A stretch of DNA of 34,101 bases from Macrostomum lignano (GCA_002269645.1 NIVC01004826.1:1-34101), one strand, 5' to 3'; positions 1 to 19,625 are shown, counted from the first letter of the stretch. Notes: generated by a model from the sequence alone, not told the origin. Numbers and translations: made by a program.

Positions 1-509
1 GCTGAGAATTTCTCATCAGGTGAGCTGCCCCGCATCTGCACTTTGTGCTCGAAGAGCATTGTGAGATTTAATGTTTTTAGGGAGGGCTTAGTGCTTGCAA
101 GTTCAGGTGTCGCTAGGTCATCTTGTGATTCAATCTCGCCAAATTTATTGACCAGAGCAAGCAGAGATAGCAGATATAACACCACAGAAAATCTACGGCA
201 CTTGCAGGCAGTCATTCGGGCCACACTGAGGCGGTCTTCCGCCACTATGTCTCCCAGTCCATGATCCAAGTGGAGATCTCGGTGAAGAGTCCCATGTCGC
301 CGAAGATCACCATGGCCTACTCATACTCGTGGTCGGCCTTCCTGGCTGACATTGGCGGACTCCTCGGCCTGTACATCGGCTGCAGCCTGCTGACCCTGTG
401 CGAGCTGCTGGAGCTGGCCTACCACCTTGTAATGGGCGCGTGGCGTCTCCAGCCAAGCCCTACAGCTCCGCAGACAAGGATGCTGATGGAGAAGAGGAAA
501 TCGCTATGA
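1..509 (+). CDS. 3' end of a DEG/ENaC (amiloride-sensitive Na channel family) gene, last two exons (1-19 partial, 208-509)
   Basis: Phase-1 intron 20-207 (GTGAG...TTGCAG). Joined reading is AENFSSGSHSGHTEAVFRHYVSQSMIQVEISVK...YSWSAFLADIGGLLGLYIGCSLLTLCELLEL. This is the DEG/ENaC TM2 signature DIGGxxGLxxGxS with a G-C-S filter. Stop TGA ends at 509. Confidence 0.9.
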
Positions 510-591
510 CGGCGGGGTGAATTCTGAGCGGACCGGCGACGAGCTGGCGGCTTGATGGGGGGCTGGACTTACTGAGCGGGGTTGCGGACTT

Positions 592-1185
592 GACTGGGTG
601 ACAGTGGACACAGTGGAATGGGTGACAGTGGACTGGGTGACAGTGGACTGCGTGACAGTGGACTGGGTGACAGTGGACTGGTGACATTGGACTGGGTGAC
701 AGTGACTGGTGACATTGGACTGGGTGACAGTGGACTGGGTGACAGTGGACTGGGTGACAGTGGACTGGGTGACATTGGACTGGGTGACAGTGGACTGGGT
801 GACAGTGGACTGGGTGACAGTGGACTGGGTGACAGTGGACTGGGTGACATTGGACTGGGTGACAGTGGACTGGGTGACAGTGGACTGGGTGACAGTGGAC
901 TGGGTGACAGTGGACTGGGTGACAGTTGAACTGGGTGGCAGTGGACACAGTGGAATGGGTGACAGTGGACTGGGTGATAATTGACTGGGTGACAATGGAC
1001 AGTGGACTTGGTGACAGTGGACTGGGTGACAGTGGACTCGGTGATAATGGACTGGGTGACAATGGACAGTGGACTTGGTGACAGTGGACTGGGTGACAGT
1101 GGACTGGGCGGGTGACAATGGACTGGGAGACAATGGACTGGGTGACAATGGACTGGGTGACAATGGACTGGGTGACAGTGGACTG
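592..1185. repeat. 15-bp minisatellite (GACTGGGTGACAGTG)n, about 39 units with variants
   Basis: Directly visible tandem unit; variants GACATTG/GACAATG/GATAATG and a few shortened units. Confidence 0.97.
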
Positions 1186-2047
1186 ACAGAACTCGATCAC
1201 CGCCTCGCCTCGCCTTGCTTCAGAATCGCACCGACTCCGCTGCCGCTGGCATCCGTGAAGACTGAGAACTCCTTGGTGAAATCCGGGGTCACCAGGATCG
1301 GAGGACTAATTAGGCACCTTTTGAGCTTGTCGAAGGCTGCAGCCGTACGGCGATGGCAGCAAAGTTGGTTACGTGGCGTCGATATTGGTTACACAGGCCG
1401 ATGAACTGATGCACCTCCTTGGCTGACCTCAGCTCTTTCCACTGCTGAATTGCCTCCAGCTTCTCTTGGCTGGGCTGGGCACCATCCTTTGTATATCGTG
1501 TGCCGAGAAAGGTCACTTCGGGTACCGTGATCTTGCACTTGGAGCCTAAGGCCGGAGATGTTGCCGGAGATGATCCGACTTGGTCTTTGAGAAGCGCAGG
1601 CTGTCATCGAAGAACGTGAAGACAAATCGCAGCCGTTTAAAACTTTGATGGAACAGCAGAGCCTCTTGAGCATCTTTGTTGTCCACGGAGAAGCTTTTGA
1701 GCATCTTCTTTAACTCGTATGGATACATGCGTGGAGTGTCAGTCGACAAAATTTTCCTTGCTTTGAACGCCTCCTTGACGGCGAAGTGCTCGCGGTTCGG
1801 ATGGAATGCATTATCCAATGCCTGGACTACTTTGTGGTAGTCTGCCTGATCTCCTGCCGACAGCTCCAAATATACGACGAGAGCCTCGCCGTCCAGAAAT
1901 GTGGCCAGTCGCTCCGCTTTGCATGTGTCCCACTTGTTGACTTTTGCGCACACATTGAAACGCGCAGCCATTTCTTAAAGTTGCCGGTACTGAACACTCT
2001 GGGCAGCGCTGCACTGTCGGTCAAACCTTTCTCAGCCATTCTAGAAT

Positions 2048-2065
2048 AACCACGCTCTGCTACCA
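2048..2065 (-). other. Primer-binding site complementary to the initiator tRNA-Met 3' end
   Basis: Minus strand TGGTAGCAGAGCGTGGTT, 2 nt after the LTR-terminal CA. It matches the eukaryotic tRNA-iMet acceptor end (..CUCUGCUACCA). Confidence 0.85.
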
Positions 2066-2067
2066 GT

Positions 2068-2298
2068 TGTAGACTAAGGCAGAGAGATGCGACTGAGAGT
2101 TGACGAAGCCTTTTGGCATTTATCAGATCGATACGCAGGTTAAATACGATACAACGATTGTTACATAACTGGGTATAAAAGATAGAGACAGAGGGTGAGT
2201 GGAAAGCACGTACATGCTGTACAATAGCAGCCCCCAAACCCCGCTCTAGCGACTAGGGCATACAAGTACACTTGCAACTCACTACACTACTCACTACA
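2068..2298 (-). repeat. 5' LTR (231 bp) of the gypsy derivative
   Basis: TGTAG...CTACA terminal inverted repeat, immediately upstream of the PBS. The distal boundary is inferred from the inverted repeat alone because there is no second LTR to align. Confidence 0.7.
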
Positions 2299-4172
2299 AT
2301 AAGCAGCTCATATCGCCATATTCGCCATATTCGTTGCCTTCTATTGATAATCAAACGTGCATGTTGAAGGTGTTATAGCTATTTTTAGTAGTGCTCATTA
2401 TTGCCAATCTATACTTTTGCCTTCCTTTTTAGTAATAGACGCTTATTAAATAATGTCAAATAAAAACCGCATAGATTACTCATAAAAAACTTAGATTACT
2501 CTTTTTCTAATAAAATCTTACTTAAAAGTTTTGCTGAAAATCGTCCGCCATCGAAAATATACCTTGAAGAGACAACTCGCTCTCCAACTTCTTCGCCCGC
2601 TTATTCAGCCTTGCTGACTGGTGCCTGCAGCATTGAGGCCTTGATGAACGTTTTGTTCTAAAAATAGACTTGAGTCAGTGTTCGGTCTTCCTTTTCTATC
2701 CCAAGAACACGTTGTTCAATAAGGCGCCTATTTCCCGCGAACATTCCATTCGTTAGAAACGCGCTTCCTTCATTTCCCAGGACGTACAGCCCAACCTTGA
2801 GACTTCCTGCCAGCCCCTTTCTCCAGATGCACACTGGCTTATCAAGCTTTGCCTATCCCTGAACCCCCCTTTTTTGTTATTAAGCGCCCTGCCTCTTTAC
2901 CCAATTCCCTATTAGACGTCCTACCCTCTATGCTACTCGTAGCATTCCCTATTAGCTATTAGAATTCCCCATTAGTGCGCCTCCGTTTCCCAGGCAACTT
3001 TGATCCACCGTGTAGCCCTTCTTCCTCCTTCCCCCGGACTGAAGTTAGCTGCATAAATTTAGACAGTGTCTTGCCGCTCGGACACTTACACTCGGACACT
3101 ACCCGGAGTAACTCCCCTGTTCTAAGAAACTCCCAAGTCCCGAGCAATATTTATTCCCTAAACCCAATTGACCCTGCAACAAAATTAATAGTATCAATTG
3201 AGACCATCCCCCAGAACCGAAAGGACCGTAACAAAGGCAAATCCCAAAATTATCAGGCAAATCCACTGCTCACGGTTGCAGTAGTCACAAAACGCTGACT
3301 GAGCAAAAAGCTGAGAGTCTGCTTCACGCTGAAATCTCTCGAATCGATCAGGTTCGCTAATGGTAAAGCAGCTCATTTGCCATGCCATGTTGTTATTTTG
3401 TTTGTCCTCTCGAAGTTGCCATCTTTTTATGTTTGTGTTCTTAGTAGTTTAAGGCAATCTACTGTTAATAAAACAATCATTAGAAGAAAATATAATAGAA
3501 ACACCATCTGCCCTGGCTTACCTCAGCAAAGTGTGCCACTTTTTTGGTTGAATTATATTTTACCATGAAATCCGAAATCGACTGACCAAAAAAGGTCTTG
3601 GTCAGGAGAACGCTCTTAGTTTAGAATGGTAACACGACTCAGAATGCAGCTCAAATTCAGCTGCATTGTACTCATATTTGTCACGAAAACGGTGGCACTA
3701 ACTACTCGTAACTGGGGATGCAGCACACTCGGAATGCACTGCTCATTGCACCATTTTGTCTACCAAGGCTGCAGTTCGTGAGGCTCACTCTCAGGTTACT
3801 GCCAAGCTGTTATTTCAGCAGGAAGACGTTTCTAGATAATGTTGTAAAAATCCTATGTACTCAAGATACGAAAGTACATGTATATCGACGGTGCTGCAAA
3901 AGGACCGTAGCCCAGTAGTCTAGCGCGGCGCTCTGATGTGCCAGCAGCCCAGGCTCGATTCGAAGTGCATTCAAATTAATTTGGGGCTGTGAAATTAATG
4001 CCCTTGAGGGCCAACCCCCCCCCAATGCACAGTGCAGTGTACATGCAGTCAGGGCCGCTGCACACTCCTGTGTGTGACTGTGCATACGGCTGCGTACGCA
4101 TCCGCGCGCTTGTGTGCCTGCTCAGGGGAGTCGGCGGAATGGGCAGTAATGCCCCTCGCCGGTTGTAAGACA

Positions 4173-4232
4173 ACGTCGCTTAAAGTGCGCCAGAGTGAAC
4201 GCAGCCCCTGTCTTTAATAGAAGATAAAAGAA
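4173..4232. repeat. Short dispersed repeat; second copy at about 14291-14352, same orientation
   Basis: caacgtcgcttaaagtgcgccagagtgaacgcagcccctgtctttaata vs caatgtcgcttaaagtgtgccagggtgcacacagcccctgcctctaata. Confidence 0.75.
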
Positions 4233-4809
4233 TAGCAAGTAAGAACGCTACATAAATCTCACAAATCTGATGGCCTGTCAAAAATGATGAGAAAAAAGCT
4301 ACCGCCCGCATCCACTCAGACCATCTGGCGCGAGCCCTAACACTGAGTAAGGCGCAGGTGGCTGTCAGACCAGCTCACAAGCAATGATTTATGACCCCAA
4401 AAGTAGCGAAAACCGCGCCTATGTTATAATGACTACAATTAAGTAGGCCAAAACCATATAGCTACAAAAATTCTACTAGTATGAATTCTAGGAAATTACA
4501 TAAAAAGAAGAAAAATGCCCGTAGCCTGCTGTTAGTAGGCTAACAAGTTTGGAATCCATGTGCGAGTGTGAGATTTGAAAAAAAGTGCGCCCTCACCACA
4601 ATTCTATTATGCTTAAATAAACTGCAGACTACTTGAATCAGTCAGTAGTGTGAAGCGCAAATATCCACGAAAGGGATGATGCGCGTCAATTTTCAATACA
4701 AACTTTATCGTTGAAGTCCCAAACTTTAACCCAAAGGCAGCGAGTGGTCCAAGTTTTTATTATTAAAGCTATAGTCCTTTATGGCTTTTAATCCCACTAA
4801 TTATAGTTA

Positions 4810-5200
4810 CACATGTGGCGCCTGTCTCCGCTGTCTGCGCTGGGCCACCACAGTTCTAATAATTGAGCAATTGCTGCCTGTTAAAACAATGCTTTGTGGG
4901 GCTCCCTACGATGCTTCAAATAGCGTCGCCGGCTGTGGCAGTCTGACTAGACGGAGATGAGGAGGGCAGCTTCCAAGCCTCATCCAACAGTTGCAGTTCA
5001 CCACCACCCTCCCTCCGGACCCATAAAACTGTCACAATGGCTCATAATCCATGTGCCTTTAGCTGCACGGGCTTGACGGGTTTGAATGTCTTCCAATGAT
5101 TAATTAAAGCAATTTTTCGTTTCAATTTTTATACCCAGTTCTTTTGTCCGCACAGAAGTTATCCAATTAGTAGGATACATTTTTCTGCCTCCCAGCTGCC
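4810..5200. repeat. Diverged dispersed repeat of about 400 bp; second copy at about 7345-7735
   Basis: Collinear shared blocks: gagcaa.tg.tgc, atgctt.aata, ctgtggcagtc, acagttgcagtt, aatgg.tcataatcca, g.tttgaat, cagaagttatc.aattag, ttctgcctc.cagctg. Family not recognised. Confidence 0.65.
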
Positions 5201-5204
5201 TCCC

Positions 5205-5588
5205 AGCGAGGTCGCAATGGACGTGAGCACCAATGCGCTTATGAACCGGTCGAACAGGCTGTAGGTGCCCAGCAGGAAGGTGAGCCAGATGACGCGACCC
5301 AAGGTGCCGGACTGGGAAGAGAACCGGTCGAGTCCGTGAGCGGAGGTGTAGCCGCAGAAATCGGACACACACTTGGTTACCTTCTGGGGCGGTGAACTTT
5401 TCTTGTTGTTCGCCTTGTTGCTTCTCATCAGCCTGAAGGCCTTCCTCGGTCTGCGCTCGGAGTCCATCAGTTAGGAGCGAGACTGAGCTAGGATGCAGAC
5501 AGTTTTTTCTAATTAGAATTAGAAATAGCGTAACTTAAAATGTATGGCGTTGAGTAAAGGCCGCCAATGCGTTCAGAATTTATAAGAG
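5205..5588 (-). pseudogene. Decayed duplicate of exon 1 plus upstream flank of the large DEG/ENaC gene
   Basis: Aligns to about 18220-18630. Keeps FCGYTSAHGLDRF and GRVIWLTFLLGTY, but has a 24-nt deletion in TM1, a compensating -1/+1 frameshift pair near the N-terminus, and ends abruptly before the FPxV motif. Confidence 0.88.
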
Positions 5589-6329
5589 TTATAGTTAAAT
5601 GGAAAGAAGGTATTTATTGGAATTTATTTGGCTTGGAATTTATAATGCAGATAGAAGTATGCCTGGGCGTCATTTATTTGTTATTTTTCTTCAGAATGCG
5701 CAGTTTTTAATTCTTAAGAAACGACAGACAAAACTGCTAATAGAGTGAGGTTTTGAGTATTCTAGGCTACGGTGTTGCTCTCAGAGCGGGTTGAACTGAA
5801 AATTTGTTTGCTTCTATAGTTATCCGGGCCATTTGCTAGATAAATTTCTGCCTGAACCTTTTAAGCGTTTAACCTGAAGCGTTTAACTGGGCCTCTCTAG
5901 CGGCCTGGAGCCACCATTCCTGCCGTCTCATGATCGACCACCTTAGCAAAGTACTCGTATAAATCGATCTCTAATTGGTACTTTTAGTAGCTTAGGTGCT
6001 CTTTTTAGGACTAATTTGTTTGAAGAAAATATCATCACAGACAACTGAAGTAAAGGGTTTACACCGTAAAAAGTTCTTTTAAAAGAACTGCTTGCAACTC
6101 TCTTTCGATCGTTGTATCACGTGACTGAATTCAGTTCTGACTTATATGGTCAAAGGGGGTCATGCTGCAATGGTGCAATAAAGTTTTCCACGCAAAATGG
6201 TTTTCTTGTTCTCATCTGCGATTCCATGAAGAATAATCCTGGTGAAAGCTTCACGTGATTGTTAATAACTCCGGCATCTGACGGCCAGAAAACGTCTAAA
6301 GAAAAGGCGCTACACCGGTCAGGTTGCTC

Positions 6330-6363
6330 CCAGGGACTACTAATCTGTTTTAGTAGTCCCTGG
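6330..6363. other. Perfect 14-bp-stem hairpin
   Basis: CCAGGGACTACTAA-tctgtt-TTAGTAGTCCCTGG. Confidence 0.9.
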
Positions 6364-9300
6364 TTGGGCGTAGGAGACTAGCCAGCATTTGTTTTGGGGG
6401 GGCGTTTTATGGGTCGTGTTCCCTGTTTGCCGCTGTTTACCGAACCGAGAACATCCTACGGCTCATGCAGTTCCTCCGAGGGAATATTATAATGAAAGCA
6501 TGCACATTGTAGAATGAAAGGCTTAGAAGAGAGAAGTGAGATAAGTTAAATACAGTAAACAATTTTCCCCATGTTGCTATGGCTGCAACAGCCGCAGAGC
6601 CTTGCTATGAGCGGCTGTTGTCGAGCTGGGCTAGGCTGCGCTGTACTCTCCCATGGGTCCGGACTTACAACCCATCTCTGCGGTTAAACTGCATCACTGC
6701 AAAAGTAACAACCTGTTGTGTCTCGTGCGTGGGAGTTGGAGTTGTTTTCATTCATTCGGTTTCGTTTGTCATTTTAACTCCATGCGTGCGTGTAACTTTA
6801 ATGTACACCGTGGCTGTTTTAGCCATGGGGTGGCCGATATTGTTGCTCGATAACAATACATTGTATCGTTCGGCAAGTGCGCTTGGCACTGTCGTCTTCG
6901 CCTCGCAATCTATCTCATCTTATTAACACAACCCTAGCTTAAACATTTCCAGCCACTCATAGAATGCTATTGTTAGTAGCAATGCAAGAAAATAACTTTA
7001 GTAGAAGCTTGCTAAGTCTAAAAATTGTGCTACTCAAATTCTACTTATGACAGGCACATGCGATTAAATAGAGGAAAACCTCAACTTTATTCAAGAGTTC
7101 CATACTTTATATTGGTGGTTTCCAGTGCTTACTTGCTATTGGAGGGCAGTAAGCTACGGCTCGTTTGTAAGGCCATTCCTGCGAGAGTAAAGGCGAGCAG
7201 CGGCGATCAACGATGCAGTTGCGTGCATGTAAATGAATTTGGGTTAAACAGTGTCAACTTTAAAGGAAGGTAGTAGCTATTTCAAGCTGAGTATTAACAA
7301 GGTTTGTTGGGTAGCTTTAGCTTAAAATTCCCTCTCCCCACGGTTATAGTGACTCCGCCAGTGGCTGAGCTGCCCCCTCTGAGCAACTGTTGCATTATAA
7401 AAAATTGAATAACATTGAGTCCTCTTGAATGCTTGAATAATATTGACTGCTGTGGCAGTCAATATCCAGGCCCGATTCCACAGTTGCAGTTATCCCCCCA
7501 ACCTCTACAGACCCCTCTCCCTGCCAGAATGGTTCATAATCCACAGTTGGCTTGATGGATTTGAATATTCTTCAATTAGGGATTCAAGCAACTTTTAGCT
7601 TTTTACGAGCTAATATCCAGCTCCAATTTTTCATGCAGAAGTTATCAAATTAGATAGCAAGCCAAACATAACGAGAGAAGCTAGATCGATCCAACTGTCA
7701 GTTCCTTCTTTTTGGGATTTCTGCCTCACAGCTGGTCTGGATGGAGGCTACCAGCTCCTCATTTAAGCGGCTTTTAGCGGCTGAAAAGCAGTTGAAACGC
7801 TTGAAAAGCGGCTGGAAAAAATTAAACACTAAATTAATTAACGCAATAAGATTAAAACAAACTTATTATATTGTATTATAACCTTGTATTGTAACATTTT
7901 TTGTTGTTTTTTTAGAATACAAGCGGAAAATATTTTATGAAAATTAAAATCCAAGAATTGAGAAAAAAGGCTCAATATATGTTGCGTTAATTTTCATAAA
8001 GCATGACAGATGTAAACCTGCCGGTTCGAGCGTAGATTTATAAATTTAGGAGTTCTTAGGAGTACAACTGAGAGCGCAGCAGCGACAGAACAGTTTGATA
8101 TTAAAGAGCCATATTTTAGGCATATATAGTACATCAAAGTTGAAATATTGATCAGGCGCATATCGCATCGATTCAAAAGAAAGTGACTGTGTGACGAATA
8201 AAGCGGAAGACTTTGTGTAGCGGATAATTGGGATTAATCTACGATCCAGCAGATCAGCAGCCGATTTTATCCTTAGCGTGAATTTGCAGATTTAGTATAT
8301 TTGGATCGGTACTTAATTTGATGCGCCTAGCAAGGGCCGGTCAGGATTCAGTTGATTGGTGGGTGGGCTGAGGCAGGCGGTAGAGGGTTAAGGTAAAGAG
8401 GCCAGACAGCTAAGGGACCCGCAAGCTTAGAGCGAGAAGCGAAGCGACGAAGCAAAAGGAGAGAGCGGCCGCTGACTGCAAGTGTATTTTTATAATTGGT
8501 GAGTAAACAAGATAACAACAAGCTTAATCCAAAAACCAGACAAACCCCACTCAGGCGAAATGTACATGTACAAATTAATCGATAAATATATCATACAAGA
8601 ATAACATACGTCAGTACATGTACATAGGTAGGACTACTTTACGATAAATAATAACGATATGAATGAAATACAAATAATAGAATAAATACATAAGAGGCTA
8701 CAAAAAACAAAGCAATTAACAGTAAAAATAGCGCGATAATAATACGTACGAATATTGTTAAAATAAATGAAAGAATACGGTATGCATATGAAAATAAAGA
8801 AATACGATACACGCGATTCTACGAATCACACTGTCACAACTGAGTCTAATAAAAAATAGACATTATATTTATATCCACTTCGCGCCCAAGCTTGGTTCTG
8901 TAAGATCGCTTAAAAGCCCAAAGGCCTGCAGAGCAGTCCATAGACAAATTTGTCTTTTTTGCTGAATCGAGTGCACACCCTAGAAGCCCAGAAGTAAAGT
9001 ATACCACAGAGTTTTTCTGCTAGCTCCTGTTCAAACCTTCCTACTCACAAATGGCTTCTACGCGCCCGAAAAGGACAGCTAAAAGTGATGCCTTGCGCAG
9101 ACTGGGACTCGATTCCGATTCGGATGACGCTTTATCCAAATGGTTATTTATAAGCTTCATGAATTCAATTTTCATACACAATTTTAAATTTGCTTGTGTC
9201 GAGCATTGATAGTAAAAACCGTAACTTCCGTCAACAGCAGAGTTTTAGCGTCACAATGAAAAAAACTTCAGGCGATGCGAATTTCAGGTCTTGTGAAAGC

Positions 9301-9857
9301 GTTTCAATCAAATCATTGCTTGTCACCTCTATCTCGGTATCGGGATGAATCCTAATTCAAGTTATACTCAGAAATATTGAAAAGCCGCCAGCCTTTGCCC
9401 CAGTGAGCCCTGCCTGAAAACAATGTAAAAACAAAACAATGAAAACCGGGCGGAAGCTTCAATCCATCCAAGCTTCGCCCTCCGCTCTTCCCAATCCCTC
9501 TCCACCCAAGCAAGCCCAACTCTGCATCGCGTGGCGCAAGTTGCGTCACTCAAAAGTCAATACTGAGCTGGAATTTACTGCGCACTCTCAAAGGTGGCGA
9601 CTTTTTAATGTTGTTGAGTATATATGACAGACAGTGTCGCAACTTTCTCAGCCATTTCTTCAGTTCATCTGCACTTGTCTCCGATTACTCTGTTTTCTCT
9701 CTTTCTCTGGCCAGTTCAGTCTTGATATTTTTATCTCTCTCCCTCGCTGCTCTCTGATTGGCTCTTTAATTTCGCCTCCTTCCTCAGTCGCGCACTTCAC
9801 CCGGCCCACCTTTTCTTTCTCAATCAACCCCCTCCCCCCACCCCCCTAGTTAATGTA

Positions 9858-10414
9858 CAGGGTGGCGTGTAAGTAACTGAAACAACTTTCAACTTAAATA
9901 ACTATCGCATACATGAGGAACGTTAACGAATCTCAACAGCCTTAAAGAAAACATAGTAAGAATTTGAATGGGCCGAAAGGAGCAAAGAGAGGACGCAGGG
10001 GTGGCGGCGGAAAAGCGGGCGAAACGAGCCCAGCGAGAGCGAGCGTATTTTATGCGAAATCAAAGGGGTAAAAACAGAGGGGTAAAAGCAAAGGGGTAAA
10101 ATCAGAGGGGTAAAAGCAGAGGGGTAAAAGCAAAGGGGTAAAAGCAAGCACACAAGAAAACAAAAAAATTTCAGCCAAGCACGCCAAGGCAGAACACGCG
10201 AATAAAAGGGCCAGCGCGACCCCAACCCACCACTTCATACCACACACACGTACATCGCAACCCCACCCACCCAGCGGGCAGAGGTAACAGGCCCCGGTCA
10301 GCTAAAACCGGCACAACATTATATGTTCTTTAGGGCTGTTAAGTTTCGTCAACGTTCCTCATGTATGCGATAGTTATTTATGTTTAGTTGTTCAAGTACT
10401 TATGCGCCACACAG
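9858..10414. mobile_element. MITE-like non-autonomous DNA transposon with TIRs of about 95 bp (Tc1/mariner-like left end TA|CAGGGTG)
   Basis: 9858-9955 is the reverse complement of about 10320-10414 (shared core taaataactatcgcatacatgaggaacgtt / aacgttcctcatgtatgcgatagttattta). The right tip is degenerate and no right TA was seen. No ORF. Confidence 0.75.
10061..10148. repeat. 14-bp tandem repeat (CARAGGGGTAAAAN) x6 inside the MITE
   Basis: caaaggggtaaaaa cagaggggtaaaag caaaggggtaaaat cagaggggtaaaag cagaggggtaaaag caaaggggtaaaag. Confidence 0.92.
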
Positions 10415-10471
10415 GGGACAGTATAAATATAGGTTTTTTTTCAAAGGCCCAAAAACAGATCTCAGAAAACT

Positions 10472-18502
<8,031 letters not shown>

Positions 18503-18520
18503 CAATTAGGAGCGAGAATG

Positions 18521-18555
18521 CTGAGCTAGGATGCAGACAGTTTTTTCTAATTAGA
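18521..18555 (-). promoter_or_regulatory. Probable splice acceptor region just upstream of the channel ATG
   Basis: Minus strand tCTAATtagaaaaaactgtctgcatccTAG|ctcag, with a branch-like CTAAT and AG 24 nt before the ATG. The 35 nt are identical to 5483-5517 in the decayed copy. Confidence 0.5.
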
Positions 18556-19004
18556 GTTAAACTGTGACTAGCTAATAGAAGTTTGTATGGCGTGGAGTAA
18601 AAGCCGCCAATGCATCCAGCATTTTAATGAGCTCAAATGAACTGGAATAATCTGGGCGTGCAACTGGATTGGATAGCAAAGTTTCTATCGCAATGGCAGT
18701 TAATAATGCACGAGACAGATAGAACTGTGCCATTGGAGTTGGCATTGCTGTAGTTATTTATCCTGTAGTTTCAATGACAATGACAGAACTGATAATTGCA
18801 CTGGGTGAGATATTACTGAAAGCAGTAGGTATCGCACGCATATCCTGAATCCAACTAGCTATCTGAGACACAACATAACTTGGGCACTTTTCAATACAGC
18901 AATTAGCTAAATTTATAAGCCTTCAGCTTATCGAGGCAAGATTATTCTGGTAGGTAGAAAAAAATCCATCTTTTATTACCAAAGCTAGTCTGAATCTGTT
19001 TTCC

Positions 19005-19304
<300 letters not shown>

Positions 19305-19379
19305 CGGTTCACAGAAGAGCAGAGGTAAGAAAACAGAAAAAATTTCATTATTAGATGGTCAGTTCTCTGTTGGTCAGTT

Positions 19380-19625
19380 CAGTGAGCACACAGAGATTCT
19401 GTTGGTCAGGCTAAGGCCAGTGAGCACACAGAGATTCTGTTGGTCAGGCTAAGGCCAGTGAGCACACAGAGATTCTGTTGGTCAGGCTAAGGCCAGTGAG
19501 CACACAGAGATTCTGTTGGTCAGGCTAAGGCCAGTGAGCACACAGAGATTCTGTTGGTCAGGCTAAGGCCAGTGAGCACACAGAGATTCTGTTGGTCAGG
19601 CCAGTGAACACACAGAAATTCTGTT
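19380..19625. repeat. 38-bp minisatellite, 5 full and 2 partial copies
   Basis: CAGTGAGCACACAGAGATTCTGTTGGTCAGGCTAAGGC starting at 19380, 19418, 19456, 19494, 19532; partial copies at 19570 and 19602. No spacers. Confidence 0.97.

Larger units (their letters stand above)
1186..2298 (-). mobile_element. Internally deleted, 3'-truncated Ty3/gypsy LTR retrotransposon derivative
   Basis: LTR 2298-2068 (TGTAG...CTACA), PBS 2065-2048, gag from ATG 2039 (MAEKG...KKWL/ARFNVCAKVNKWD...LDGEA...Y..VVQAL..AF, one frameshift near 1966). This is joined to the RT tail (FVFTFFDD..FSKTK.DHL; EVTFLG; K.EAIQQW; FIGLCNQYRRHV.NFA) and the RNase H N-terminus (FSVFTDASGSGVGAILKQ). No 3' LTR found. Confidence 0.85.

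Noticed and set aside
460-1404. Long ORFs on both strands (VTQST, HCHPV, SPSPL, GDSGL, VTVDW repeats)
   Set aside because: They are translations of a stop-free 15-bp minisatellite in several frames at once, with no coding signature.
2959-9849. Assorted 60-115 aa ORFs in the intergenic stretch (other than 5100-5467)
   Set aside because: No recognisable motifs, no third-position C/G bias like the real exons, and no splice-compatible partners.
19380-19625. 38-bp repeats as a CRISPR array
   Set aside because: Units are directly adjacent with no unique spacers, there are no cas genes, and the context is eukaryotic.
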